A DNA stretch of 56,324 nucleotides. Origin: a virus (taxonomy: Duplodnaviria > Caudoviricetes). Each line of letters opens with the position of its first letter. Positions within the stretch are counted from its first letter, which is position 1. Made by a program: the position numbers and the translations under genes. Shown piece after piece: positions 20,251 to 30,288 of this stretch. The notes beneath the pieces were generated by a model. It saw only the letters and a program-made list of their open reading frames with translations. It had not been told where the DNA came from and searched no databases. The stretch is from positions 1 to 56,324 of IMG/VR virus record IMGVR_UViG_3300008120_005716; one strand, given 5' to 3'.

Positions 20251-23200
20251 GTTTAAAAAGAATTTACCATATTGCGGATATTCATATTCGTAATGTACAA
20301 AGACACAAAGAGTATAGAGCGGTTTTTGAAAAAATGTTTGAAGAAATCCGTAATAGAGGAACGGAGGATTCAATCATTTATTTAGCAGGTGATATTGCAC
20401 ATGCTAAATTGGAAATGTCACCTGAATTGGTGAAAGAGATTAGTTGGTTATTTACCGAATGTTCTAAACATTGTGAAACAATCCTAATCGCAGGTAATCA
20501 CGATTGTAATATGAACAATTCGGATAGGTTAGATGTATTATCACCTATTGTAGAGGCTTTAAACCTACCAAATTTTCATTATCTTAGAGATACACAAGTG
20601 TATTCAGTTGGTGGTGTAGATTTCGCTGTATTTTCAATCTTTGATAAGAAAGATAATTGGCCTAAAGCAGAAACACTATTTGGAAACAAAAAGATTGCAC
20701 TATTCCACGGACCTGTTGATAATTCACAAACCGATGTGGGGTATGTAGTAAGTAGTAGACATTTCACAACCGACATGTTTGATGGATATGATTTAGCCTT
20801 ATTGGGTGATATCCACAAAAGGCAAACTATGATTTCACCAAGCGGTTGTAAAGTAGTTTATGCCGGTTCATTAGTACAACAAAACTTTGGTGAGAGTTTA
20901 AATGGACACGGATTCTTAGTTTGGGATGTTGCATCTTTAAAATACGAAGCAATTGATATTCCAAATGAGTATGGATATTATACATTGGATGTAGATAATG
21001 GCGTAGTGCCGGTTGTAACCGATATGCCAAAAAATCCACGTTTGAGAGTTCGCTTATCTAATACCGATACCGCTGATACAAAGAAAGTAATCACCGAAAT
21101 TAAAATGAGATATGGTGTTGATGATTTCACAATTATTAGAACCGATTCATTCAATAAACAAAAAACAGGTAATAGATTAAACAAATTAGATTTTGAAGAT
21201 ATATCCGATATCAACTATCAAAACACATTGATAAAAGATTATGTTCAAAGAATGATGCCATTTACAACTACTGCGGATTTAGATGGTTTAGAAGCAATTA
21301 ATAGAGATATCAATAGTAGAATAACGCAAGAAGAAGTACATAGAAATATACATTGGAAGCCCATAAAGTTTACATTCAGTAATATGTTCTCTTATGGTGA
21401 AAACAACAAAATCGATTTCGCCAAAGTAGGAGGATTGATGGGATTATTCGCACCAAACGCTAGTGGTAAATCATCCCTATTTGATGCAATCTCCTTTTGT
21501 TTGTTTGATAAATGTAGTAGAGCATTTAAGGCTACTCACATTATGAACAATCGTAAAAAGGATTTCGAATGCCACCTACATTTCCAAGTTAATGGAATGG
21601 ATTTCCATATTAGTAGAACTGCTAAAACAATCAACAAAGGAAAGAACGTTAAAGTGGATGTACAATTTTGGAAAGATGAGGGAGGTACAATCACATCTTT
21701 AAATGGAACGGAGAGAAGGGATACAAATGTAGTAATTGAACAATACGTTGGTAAGTACGAAGATTTCGTCCTAACTGCTTTATCTCTACAAGGTAACAAT
21801 GCTTTATTCATTGATAAATCACAATCGGAGAGAAAGGATTTGTTAGCACAATTTATGGGATTGGATATATTCGATAAATTGTATGAAACGGCAAGTGAAG
21901 ATATAAAGGAAGTTGCAGTACTTATCAAAAATTTTAAGAAAACCGACTTTACGACAGAGTTGGCTGAAAAAGGTTTAGAAAAGCAAACAAAGAAATCGGA
22001 ACTAAGAGCAAAGGAAAAGGAATTAGGAACAAAAACAAATGATGTAGAAGATTTATCTAATAGAATATTGGGATTAACAAAAGAGTTAGTGCCAGTAGAT
22101 GCAAATTTAGATTTAGAGAAGCTAGAAAAGAAAAAGAATCAAATTGGATTTGATATTCTACACGTTCTTTCTGAAGAAAAAAGTAAGAAAGCAAAATTAG
22201 ATGAATATACTCAAAGTATTTCTGAAATATCACAATCGATTGAAGAACACAAAACTATTAATGGTAAACCAATCGAAGATGCTAAGAAGGAATGGGATGA
22301 ATATAAAAGTGAGATAAATGAAACCGAACATCAAATTCAGTTATTAGAACAATCCTTAGAATCTAATAGAGAAAAACTTTCACATTTGGAACAACACGAA
22401 TATGACCCAAATTGTAAGTTTTGTATGAACAACGTATTCGTAAAAGATGCGTTAGAAACAAAATCTAAAGTTGAAGAGCAAGAAGATAAGTTAACCGAAT
22501 TAGGTAACAAACATCAATCTTTAATTCAACAGGCATCTTATATTGCAGATGTGGAAGAACAATGGGATTCTTTAGTTGAGTTAAAATCTAAGTATCAAAA
22601 AGCAATTGTAATTAAAGAAAAAACAATCGCAGAATTGAATGGATTTGAAACCCAAAAACAATTATACGATACTCAGTTGGAGCAAGTAAACGCAGATATT
22701 CAAAGATACCACGATAATGAAGATACTATTAAACGTAATAAACAAATAGAATCGGTTATCGATGGACTAAATAGAACAAAGAGCGAAATAGAATCGGAAG
22801 TAAAAACGCTTAACAAACAAATATCTGATTTGAATAGCTCTATTACTCAAATACAATCGTTTATAGACAATGTAAAGGATAAGATGGATGAAGTTAAGGA
22901 CTTAGAAGAAAAGAGTCGCCTATACACCTATTATATCGATTCTGTAAAGAGAGATGGTGTACCATACGAACTTATTTCGAAAGCAATGCCTGTTATTGAA
23001 AATGAAATCAATAATATACTTGCGCAGGTTGTAGATTTTAGTATCGTAATGGATATCGATGGTAAATCTATTAATGCAAAGATTGTTTATGAGGACCAAG
23101 AATGGCCATTAGAAATGTGTAGTGGTATGGAGAAGTTCGTAAGTGGTTTGGCTATTAGAGTAGCTCTGATTAATATTTGTAATCTACCACGTCCTAATTT

Positions 23201-23390
23201 CTTAGTTATTGATGAAGGATTTGGTACATTAGATGCTAATAACTTATCATCATTATTTATGATGATGCAATATTTAAAAACTCAATTCGATTTCATTTGG
23301 ATGATTTCTCACTTAGAACAAATGAGAGATATCGTAGATGGATTGATAGAGATAAAAAAGATAGATGGGTTTAGTAAGATTGATTTTTAA
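20247..23390 (+). CDS. Fused Mre11/SbcD nuclease - Rad50/SbcC SMC ATPase (T4 gp47-gp46-like)
   Basis: N-terminal metallophosphoesterase (ADIH, AGDI, AGNHD, FHG, GDIH); Walker A APNASGKS; coiled coil with CKFC zinc hook; CSGME signature; Walker B/D-loop LVIDEGFGTLD; ISH. Confidence 0.92.
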   Translation: MSLKRIYHIADIHIRNVQRHKEYRAVFEKMFEEIRNRGTEDSIIYLAGDIAHAKLEMSPELVKEISWLFTECSKHCETILIAGNHDCNMNNSDRLDVLSPIVEALNLPNFHYLRDTQVYSVGGVDFAVFSIFDKKDNWPKAETLFGNKKIALFHGPVDNSQTDVGYVVSSRHFTTDMFDGYDLALLGDIHKRQTMISPSGCKVVYAGSLVQQNFGESLNGHGFLVWDVASLKYEAIDIPNEYGYYTLDVDNGVVPVVTDMPKNPRLRVRLSNTDTADTKKVITEIKMRYGVDDFTIIRTDSFNKQKTGNRLNKLDFEDISDINYQNTLIKDYVQRMMPFTTTADLDGLEAINRDINSRITQEEVHRNIHWKPIKFTFSNMFSYGENNKIDFAKVGGLMGLFAPNASGKSSLFDAISFCLFDKCSRAFKATHIMNNRKKDFECHLHFQVNGMDFHISRTAKTINKGKNVKVDVQFWKDEGGTITSLNGTERRDTNVVIEQYVGKYEDFVLTALSLQGNNALFIDKSQSERKDLLAQFMGLDIFDKLYETASEDIKEVAVLIKNFKKTDFTTELAEKGLEKQTKKSELRAKEKELGTKTNDVEDLSNRILGLTKELVPVDANLDLEKLEKKKNQIGFDILHVLSEEKSKKAKLDEYTQSISEISQSIEEHKTINGKPIEDAKKEWDEYKSEINETEHQIQLLEQSLESNREKLSHLEQHEYDPNCKFCMNNVFVKDALETKSKVEEQEDKLTELGNKHQSLIQQASYIADVEEQWDSLVELKSKYQKAIVIKEKTIAELNGFETQKQLYDTQLEQVNADIQRYHDNEDTIKRNKQIESVIDGLNRTKSEIESEVKTLNKQISDLNSSITQIQSFIDNVKDKMDEVKDLEEKSRLYTYYIDSVKRDGVPYELISKAMPVIENEINNILAQVVDFSIVMDIDGKSINAKIVYEDQEWPLEMCSGMEKFVSGLAIRVALINICNLPRPNFLVIDEGFGTLDANNLSSLFMMMQYLKTQFDFIWMISHLEQMRDIVDGLIEIKKIDGFSKIDF

Positions 23391-23550
23391 CCTTATCAGC
23401 TCTTAACACACCCGCTTGAGGTTTAGTAACACCAACGTGTTTCTTAATTAAATTTTCAACTAAACTTCCCATCTTAAACCCATGTTCTTCACAATATTGT
23501 TTGAGAAGTTCGTGGGTTTCTTTTTTTATTTGCAACATAGCGTATTTCAT
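23371..23550 (-). CDS. Small ribbon-helix-helix-like DNA-binding protein (59 aa; below the track cutoff)
   Basis: Reverse translation MKYAMLQIKKETHELLKQYCEEHGFKMGSLVENLIKKHVGVTKPQAGVLRADKVKNQSY*; alternating beta strand, helix, G-turn, helix; the only credible minus-strand gene. Confidence 0.7.
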   Translation of the reverse strand: MKYAMLQIKKETHELLKQYCEEHGFKMGSLVENLIKKHVGVTKPQAGVLRADKVKNQSY

Positions 23551-23552
23551 AA

Positions 23553-23602
23553 CTTTAGTTTTCTTTAGTTTTATATAGAATCTTATAGTTTTCTTTATAT
23601 AA
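23553..23602. repeat. Five imperfect 10-bp tandem repeats (consensus CTTTAGTTTT), candidate operator
   Basis: ctttagtttt ctttagtttt atatagaatc ttatagtttt ctttatataa; TAG at 23556, 23566, 23576 and 23586. Confidence 0.7.
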
Positions 23603-23636
23603 ATATGAACATAATATTTTTTTGTGAATATTTATA
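23598..23636. promoter_or_regulatory. Divergent pair of ATATTTATA motifs
   Basis: Minus-strand ATATTTATA at 23606-23598 (towards the RHH-like gene) and plus-strand ATATTTATA at 23628-23636 (towards the tail fibre). Confidence 0.55.
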
Positions 23637-23654
23637 GAAAAGATATTTTAAATA

Positions 23655-26600
23655 ATGGCTGTAATCCAAAAAACTCTATTCGCTGAAAATTTAGAAAGGT
23701 ATAACACATTTGTTAGAGATACAAATCCTACAAGTACCTATTTTAATATTACAGAATTACCCGATACATTTACCGGCGGTAAAAACGCATTTTTAATAGC
23801 AGGCTCTGGTGAATTGGTGCCGGATACTTTGATTAAAATAGAAATAAAAGATGCAGCGGGGAATGTTATATATCACGAACCAGGTGAAGGTAATTTAGTA
23901 ACTACAATCAATGGTGAACAATTTACAAACGAATATTTTGAGGGTGTTTCCAAAGTTGTAGCAGTTTATGTGTATCCAGATGATACTGCTTATGGTCCAT
24001 GTACAATAACAATATTAGGTGAATTAAGTTCATATTATGATGATAATGGATTATTAACTCCTATACCAATTGATTGGCAAGGAACTTATAATGTAAAGTG
24101 GCAAAAAACAATAAATGTAAACCCAACATTAGCCAATACAACAAAAATTCGTTTTTATCGTAGACCTACCGCTACAATAACCGAATTAATTTCTCCAATT
24201 TATAGAATAGATTCTAATACAGGTTTAAAAATAAATAGTGGTATAAATCAATCTTTTGCAAATATAAAAATTTCAAATTTAGAAACATTTGCAGGAGATG
24301 TAAAAAGAATAAAAGTATTTAGAACATCTTTGGGCGATATATCCGATTATGATATGATTCAGGATATATTGGTGGAATCAAAAGAATTACTTACTACATA
24401 TAATTTATCGGGTAGTGTTGTTGGAAATACAGGTATTTTCACATCAGAAACTTTAAAAAATTATTGGATATCCGGTTCTTTAGGAACTGAATTAACATCA
24501 AGTAGAGTTGAAAGTGGATTGAAATTAAGTGGTAGTGGTTATTTTAGATATAGTTCATCATTAGAATTAAATTCAGCAAATACATACGAACTTAATTTAG
24601 ATGCTTTTTATTCAGCATCAACCGATAGCAATTTGGGAATATATGTTAGTGGTTCTGATGGTGGTGATATTTTAATTGGTACATTAAGTGGTATTTCCCC
24701 AACAAAAAATTTATTAGATACAACTATTCCATTTAAATTAGATTCCAATTTTGCAAGCGCATCTTTATATTTTTCACAATCACGAGGTGAATGGCACGTT
24801 GGTAATATAAGTTTAAAATTATCAGAAGATACAGCGTTTTCGCCAGATGAAGTTTCGTTTGTAACAACAATGCCAACTGTTGTAGGAAATGAAGATTTTA
24901 ATTTCAAATTTGAATTTTATGATGTAAATAATAACTACGTTCCTGTTTCGGTAACTGGTAGTGCAAATTTTACAGGTGGTTCAAATGCAATTACAAAGTT
25001 ATTAACATTTGAATCAGATAGAACCGCATTTAGATTTTCATCAGGTTCGGTAGGTAATCCACCATCACAATTTGTTAAATTTAAAACAACAAAAACTAAT
25101 TATACAGGCTCAATTACATATTCTAGTGCATCATTTGATAAAGATGGAAACTATATCGTTCCATCATCATACGCTGGAGAATATCCAGGAGCACTTACCA
25201 ACGTTAGTGATTCCGGTGCATTATTGAGTATTGCTAAATTTAGTGGAAGTGTTAGTAGTGTAATAGTAGGTTCAATTACATACACCGCATCGTGTGAGGG
25301 GTTTGAAGAATATGAAACAATTTATAGATTTGAAGATGGTGATAATGCACCTGGTGTTTTTGTAACATCAAACGCAAATCAGTTTATATATAAAGCAACC
25401 GATTTGTCGCTCAATCCAACGGGACAAGTTATTACAATAGAAGCTAAACGTAAAAATTTAGCATCAGCTACAACACCATTAACTGTAAATTCGGGAAGTG
25501 GTACACCACCATTAACTTTTGTATCTACAAACGCAACAAATGGTGTGGATACATTTACATTGGCTGGTTCAACATATTCATATTCAATAGGTGAAAGAAG
25601 TTATTTTATTTCTGGCTCTGACCAATTTGGAAATGAATTTTCCGATGCAATTAAAATAACTCCTGTAAAAATATTAGATGGTTTATCTGTAACACTTACA
25701 AATGATAACGCATCACTTCCTGCTCTTTCGAATGGATTTGTAGCAAGTGGGTCATTCATATTAACATCTGGTTCGGTAAACGTAAAGGTTGGTAATGAAA
25801 CAATTACATTTGATGATGATAATGATAGTAGTAGAGCAAATAATACATTCGCTATAACAAGTCTAAGTGGTACGGGGTGTACACCAAATTCATCAAACCC
25901 ATCTATAAATGAGTATGGGATAACAAATTTATCAGCCGATTCTGGTTCATTGGATATAACAATAAGTTATAAGGATGGCGCCGGTGATACAACGTCTGTT
26001 ACAAAAACTGCAACGTACACAAAGAATAAAAAAGCAGCTCCTGTATTAACGTTTGTAATTGGAAATAATAATCAATCTACTGATGCCAAATCAACAGGTG
26101 AGCAAGTAACATCATTTAGCGATTCTACATTAAGTGTAAAAGAGCAATATAATGGAACTAATAGTAATCTAACATTATCATCTGCCCCAACTATTAATAG
26201 TAGTTCTGCTTTTCCTGGCATAACTAAAACTACTACTAATTTATCTTATCCAACATTGGCAACTGCAACAGATTCCGTTGAATTATCTATTACGGGTTCG
26301 GTTACCGATTCGGAAGGAATAAGTAGACAAGTATTTGGTAACGTTTCTTTAACAAAAGTTAAAAAAGCAGCACCAGTATTATCCATATCGACAACAAATA
26401 AAGCACAATCAGTTTCAGCAAAATCAATTGGAACACAAATTGATGCTTTTTCAAATTCAACTGTAACTGTTTCACAAACATATAATGGTTCTACTACCAA
26501 TTTAACAATAACATCATTAACCGCAACATCTTCTGATATCGCAAGTATATCAACAACAGCTGCAAGTGGTTTAGTAACATTAAATGGTAAAACTTTAGCA

Positions 26601-29567
26601 GATGGTACGAATTCTACAATTGTAACTATTTCTGCTACAGTTACTGATTCTGAAGGAAGTAGTAGAACTTTAACCGATACAATAACATTATCTAAAGTTA
26701 AAAAAGCACCACCTACAATCACATTTGCAATTACTCCATCTTCACAAACAGTTGCTGCAAATAGTGCTGGAACATTAACTGGTACAATTGTGGACCCGGT
26801 GTTAACTGCATTTGAAGGTTCTTCTGCTTTAACATATAATCAGGGAACACTAAGTACATCTCAATTTAAAATCACAAATGTAACGGGAGTAACGGTAGGA
26901 AGTACAACACCATCTACATCAACGATAGATGTTACCGCAATATCATCAACAGATAATACGGGCGTTGTAACAATTGCATATGTAGATTCTGAAGGTACAT
27001 CGGGAACTTCAACTATTAGATTTACAATATCAAAAGCAATAGCAGGTGCACAGGGTGACCCTGGAAACTCTGGAGCAGATGGTAAACGTACCGCAACGGG
27101 AATGATTCACTATCAAGTAGCTGCAACATCTGCACCATCTGCACCAACTGCAACATCATATACATTTAGTACGGGTACATTTAGTGGATTAACAGCAAAT
27201 TGGGGATTGGGCGCACCAACTTATGCTAGTGGTAACACTAACAAATATTGGTACTCAACTTATAGTGTTGTTGAAACAACCGCTGGAGGTGGTACAGGTA
27301 CTCCATCTTTCGGAACTCCTACTCAGGCAATAGGATTTAGTGGATTGGTATCATTCACCGCAGCTAATAATGTTAGTGATGGTTCAAACGCTTTATCATT
27401 TGGTGTAGCAGGAACTACATTAATTAATGGTAGTAATATATCAACCGGTAAAATAACATCTACAAACTATTCAGCAGGTACACCATTTACAACGGCTGGT
27501 AGTATTATAGATTTAGATAATGGTAGAATCGCAACTAAAACGTTTTATGTAGATGCAAATGGAGATGCTGTTTTTAAAGGACAAATACAGGTTGGTGGAA
27601 GTAATTATAATACATCCGATGTATTGAATGCAAACACAACAAAAGCACAAGTTGGATTAGGAAGTGTATCGAACTTAGGACCACAAGCTCAAGCCGAAAC
27701 TGGTCTTATTGCGGGTACTACTATAACAGGTGGTGGTATAACTTTAAGTGGCGGTGGTAATATTAAAGGTGGACAAACCGATTATAATACAGGTACTGGT
27801 TTCTTTTTAGGATATCATGATAGTAAATATAAATTTTCAATAGGCAACGCAGCATCTAAAGGAATAACTTGGGATGGTAATACTTTATCGATTGGCGGTG
27901 ATGTTAATATTGGTGCCAATTTGGCATCTTCATTGACAACATCTACCGCATTAAGTGATGGATTAGCAACTAAAATAACAACAGGAAATGCGGCATCTGA
28001 TGTGAATTCAAATTCCACAACAATTAGTGGTAATAAAATTAGAACAGGTGTAATACAATCAACGAACCATACGGGTACTGCAGATGGTAGTGGATTTTCT
28101 GATACAGGAATGTCAATAGATTTAGCTGTTGGTGGAATATCTGCTAAAAATTTTAGAATAACACAAAATGGTGATGCATATTTTAAAGGAGATATAAGCG
28201 GTGCTAGTGGTACATTTAGCGGTAATCTTAGTGGTGCCACAATTAGCGGTGGAACTATTTCGATTGGTAGTGGAACTACTAGTATTTTTATAGCTAATTC
28301 AAGCGGAATTTCTTTAGGAAATATAACATTTGCTAACGCACCATTTAGTGTAACTCCAACGGGTGTTTTAAAATCAACATCGGGAACTATTGGTGGTTGG
28401 ACGATTGGTTCTTCAACACTTACATCAACTAATGGAGCAACTATACTTAATACGAATGGTAATATCACATTAAATAACGCTGGAGTTGAGAAAATTAAAA
28501 TTACACAAGATAGTTTAGCAACAAATAGTACATCTACAACTATTACAATTCCAAGCACATCGAATACAACCGCGAATCCCATATTTTCTACGTTTAACTA
28601 TTCGCAAACGGTAAGTAACACAGCGAGCACAACCCCAGCAATATCTGCAAATTTTACAGCAGGAGGAAGTGCAATTATATTAAATATACCATTTAATGGT
28701 GGATTTGGGGGTACATCGCAATGGAATCAAACTTTACCAAATTTTAATAGTATTCAAAACTTAACACAACAATCAATTACGGTTGAAATATATACATCGG
28801 GTGGTAGTTTGGTTCAATCAAAAACAGTTATTACTTTTTCTCAACGTGACTATTCATATAACGCAACAGCACTTTATCAACACGCAGTTATTCCATCCGG
28901 AACAACCTCAGTTCCATTTTCTGGATTAACAACAGGTGGAACTTACTATGCTAGAATATATATATCGAGAACAATATCATCTCAATATACTGCCTTCACA
29001 TTTGGTCCAGTAACACTTTCCGGTACGTTCACAACTAGTGGTATCACCGGTGGAAGTCCTACAATCGATATAACATCCGCCGAAGAAAAAACTTCGATTG
29101 GTGTAAATGGTATGATTGTATCTTCTGCGGGGGGATTTGCACAAATCGGACCAGTTGCTACCATTGGTGGAACTAATTATAGTGCTGCATTTTTAGGAGA
29201 TGTTAGAATAAATGGTGCTTTATACGCTTCAGCGGTTTTATCAACTTCGGATGAAAGATTAAAAACTAATATAGCAAATTTAGAATCTCCATTAGTAAAA
29301 ATTGAAAGATTAAATCCAAAATCATTTTTATGGAACGATATTACAGCTCCTTTATCGGAAAAAAAGGATTCTTATGGATTTATAGCACAAGAAGTTCAAA
29401 ATGAGTTTCCATTTTTAATAAAAAACATAGGAAATGTAAATAATTTAGATAATATCTTATCATTAGATTATAACTCAATAATAGCATTAAATACAGCTGC
29501 TATAAAAGAATTACTTATAAAAATAGAACAATTAGAGGAAAGAATTTTAGAATTAGAAAATCAATAA
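23655..29567 (+). CDS. Long tail fibre protein with Ig-like repeats and C-terminal peptidase S74 intramolecular chaperone
   Basis: 1970 aa, S/T/G-rich; ~110-aa repeats (KKAAPVL/KKAPPTI...DSEG); TKAQVGLGSV tail repeat; C-terminal SDERLKTNI...GFIAQEV...LDY..IIA....AIKEL. Confidence 0.88.
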   Translation: MAVIQKTLFAENLERYNTFVRDTNPTSTYFNITELPDTFTGGKNAFLIAGSGELVPDTLIKIEIKDAAGNVIYHEPGEGNLVTTINGEQFTNEYFEGVSKVVAVYVYPDDTAYGPCTITILGELSSYYDDNGLLTPIPIDWQGTYNVKWQKTINVNPTLANTTKIRFYRRPTATITELISPIYRIDSNTGLKINSGINQSFANIKISNLETFAGDVKRIKVFRTSLGDISDYDMIQDILVESKELLTTYNLSGSVVGNTGIFTSETLKNYWISGSLGTELTSSRVESGLKLSGSGYFRYSSSLELNSANTYELNLDAFYSASTDSNLGIYVSGSDGGDILIGTLSGISPTKNLLDTTIPFKLDSNFASASLYFSQSRGEWHVGNISLKLSEDTAFSPDEVSFVTTMPTVVGNEDFNFKFEFYDVNNNYVPVSVTGSANFTGGSNAITKLLTFESDRTAFRFSSGSVGNPPSQFVKFKTTKTNYTGSITYSSASFDKDGNYIVPSSYAGEYPGALTNVSDSGALLSIAKFSGSVSSVIVGSITYTASCEGFEEYETIYRFEDGDNAPGVFVTSNANQFIYKATDLSLNPTGQVITIEAKRKNLASATTPLTVNSGSGTPPLTFVSTNATNGVDTFTLAGSTYSYSIGERSYFISGSDQFGNEFSDAIKITPVKILDGLSVTLTNDNASLPALSNGFVASGSFILTSGSVNVKVGNETITFDDDNDSSRANNTFAITSLSGTGCTPNSSNPSINEYGITNLSADSGSLDITISYKDGAGDTTSVTKTATYTKNKKAAPVLTFVIGNNNQSTDAKSTGEQVTSFSDSTLSVKEQYNGTNSNLTLSSAPTINSSSAFPGITKTTTNLSYPTLATATDSVELSITGSVTDSEGISRQVFGNVSLTKVKKAAPVLSISTTNKAQSVSAKSIGTQIDAFSNSTVTVSQTYNGSTTNLTITSLTATSSDIASISTTAASGLVTLNGKTLADGTNSTIVTISATVTDSEGSSRTLTDTITLSKVKKAPPTITFAITPSSQTVAANSAGTLTGTIVDPVLTAFEGSSALTYNQGTLSTSQFKITNVTGVTVGSTTPSTSTIDVTAISSTDNTGVVTIAYVDSEGTSGTSTIRFTISKAIAGAQGDPGNSGADGKRTATGMIHYQVAATSAPSAPTATSYTFSTGTFSGLTANWGLGAPTYASGNTNKYWYSTYSVVETTAGGGTGTPSFGTPTQAIGFSGLVSFTAANNVSDGSNALSFGVAGTTLINGSNISTGKITSTNYSAGTPFTTAGSIIDLDNGRIATKTFYVDANGDAVFKGQIQVGGSNYNTSDVLNANTTKAQVGLGSVSNLGPQAQAETGLIAGTTITGGGITLSGGGNIKGGQTDYNTGTGFFLGYHDSKYKFSIGNAASKGITWDGNTLSIGGDVNIGANLASSLTTSTALSDGLATKITTGNAASDVNSNSTTISGNKIRTGVIQSTNHTGTADGSGFSDTGMSIDLAVGGISAKNFRITQNGDAYFKGDISGASGTFSGNLSGATISGGTISIGSGTTSIFIANSSGISLGNITFANAPFSVTPTGVLKSTSGTIGGWTIGSSTLTSTNGATILNTNGNITLNNAGVEKIKITQDSLATNSTSTTITIPSTSNTTANPIFSTFNYSQTVSNTASTTPAISANFTAGGSAIILNIPFNGGFGGTSQWNQTLPNFNSIQNLTQQSITVEIYTSGGSLVQSKTVITFSQRDYSYNATALYQHAVIPSGTTSVPFSGLTTGGTYYARIYISRTISSQYTAFTFGPVTLSGTFTTSGITGGSPTIDITSAEEKTSIGVNGMIVSSAGGFAQIGPVATIGGTNYSAAFLGDVRINGALYASAVLSTSDERLKTNIANLESPLVKIERLNPKSFLWNDITAPLSEKKDSYGFIAQEVQNEFPFLIKNIGNVNNLDNILSLDYNSIIALNTAAIKELLIKIEQLEERILELENQ

Positions 29568-29568
29568 T

Positions 29569-30288
29569 ATGATTACAACACCGCAAAATACGAGAGATAT
29601 TAAATTTGTTAGAGCAGTTTGGGGAAATATGGATTTATCATTAATTCCAAATACACCACAATATGATGAAATTGTATATGTATGGGGTATTGAAAATAAA
29701 TTACAATTAGATTCAATGGGATATACTACTATTCTATGTGATAGAAATAAATTAAATTTTAAATACACATCAATTCTGTATCAATTTATTCATAAATTAA
29801 TTGCAATAGAAAAAGCATCTAAAAACTTTTCAAAAATACTTTTTTTAGATTGGGATTATAATTTATATAAAAATTTAGATGATGATTTTTTTGATTACAT
29901 CAATACAAAAACATTTTTAGCACCCATATATGAGTATAATGTAGATGATTTTAATAATTCTTATAATGATTCGGAATCATTTGAATATAATAAATCCGAA
30001 TCAATAAAAAAATATTCTTGGTCAAAAGATGAAAATTACATAATACCAAATGCTGGATTTATCTATATATCAGATTCGGTTATAGCTACTGAAATATTAC
30101 AAATTGCAAAAAATCAAAATTTAAAAACTTTAATTGAAGAATTTGCAATACAAATTTGGTCAAATTGTAACTTAGAAAGTTATATAGAAAATTTCCATCC
30201 AAAAGTTTGTTTTGGCAGAAATGACTCAAATATAAATGAATATGTAAGTTCATTGATACAAACAAATATTTACTTTAGAACTTTATGA
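29569..30288 (+). CDS. Putative GT-A fold glycosyltransferase
   Basis: HKLIAI...ILFLDWD (DxD)...IPNAGFIY pattern. Confidence 0.55.
   Translation: MITTPQNTRDIKFVRAVWGNMDLSLIPNTPQYDEIVYVWGIENKLQLDSMGYTTILCDRNKLNFKYTSILYQFIHKLIAIEKASKNFSKILFLDWDYNLYKNLDDDFFDYINTKTFLAPIYEYNVDDFNNSYNDSESFEYNKSESIKKYSWSKDENYIIPNAGFIYISDSVIATEILQIAKNQNLKTLIEEFAIQIWSNCNLESYIENFHPKVCFGRNDSNINEYVSSLIQTNIYFRTL

Noticed and set aside
23553-23602. Mini-CRISPR array or replication iterons
   Set aside because: The units are only 10 bp and contiguous, with no spacers and no cas or rep gene; an operator array next to an RHH-like gene is more parsimonious.
23598-23605. T4-type late promoter TATAAATA on the + strand
   Set aside because: It is the only intergenic occurrence noticed and is better explained as the ATATTTATA motif on the minus strand driving the RHH-like gene.
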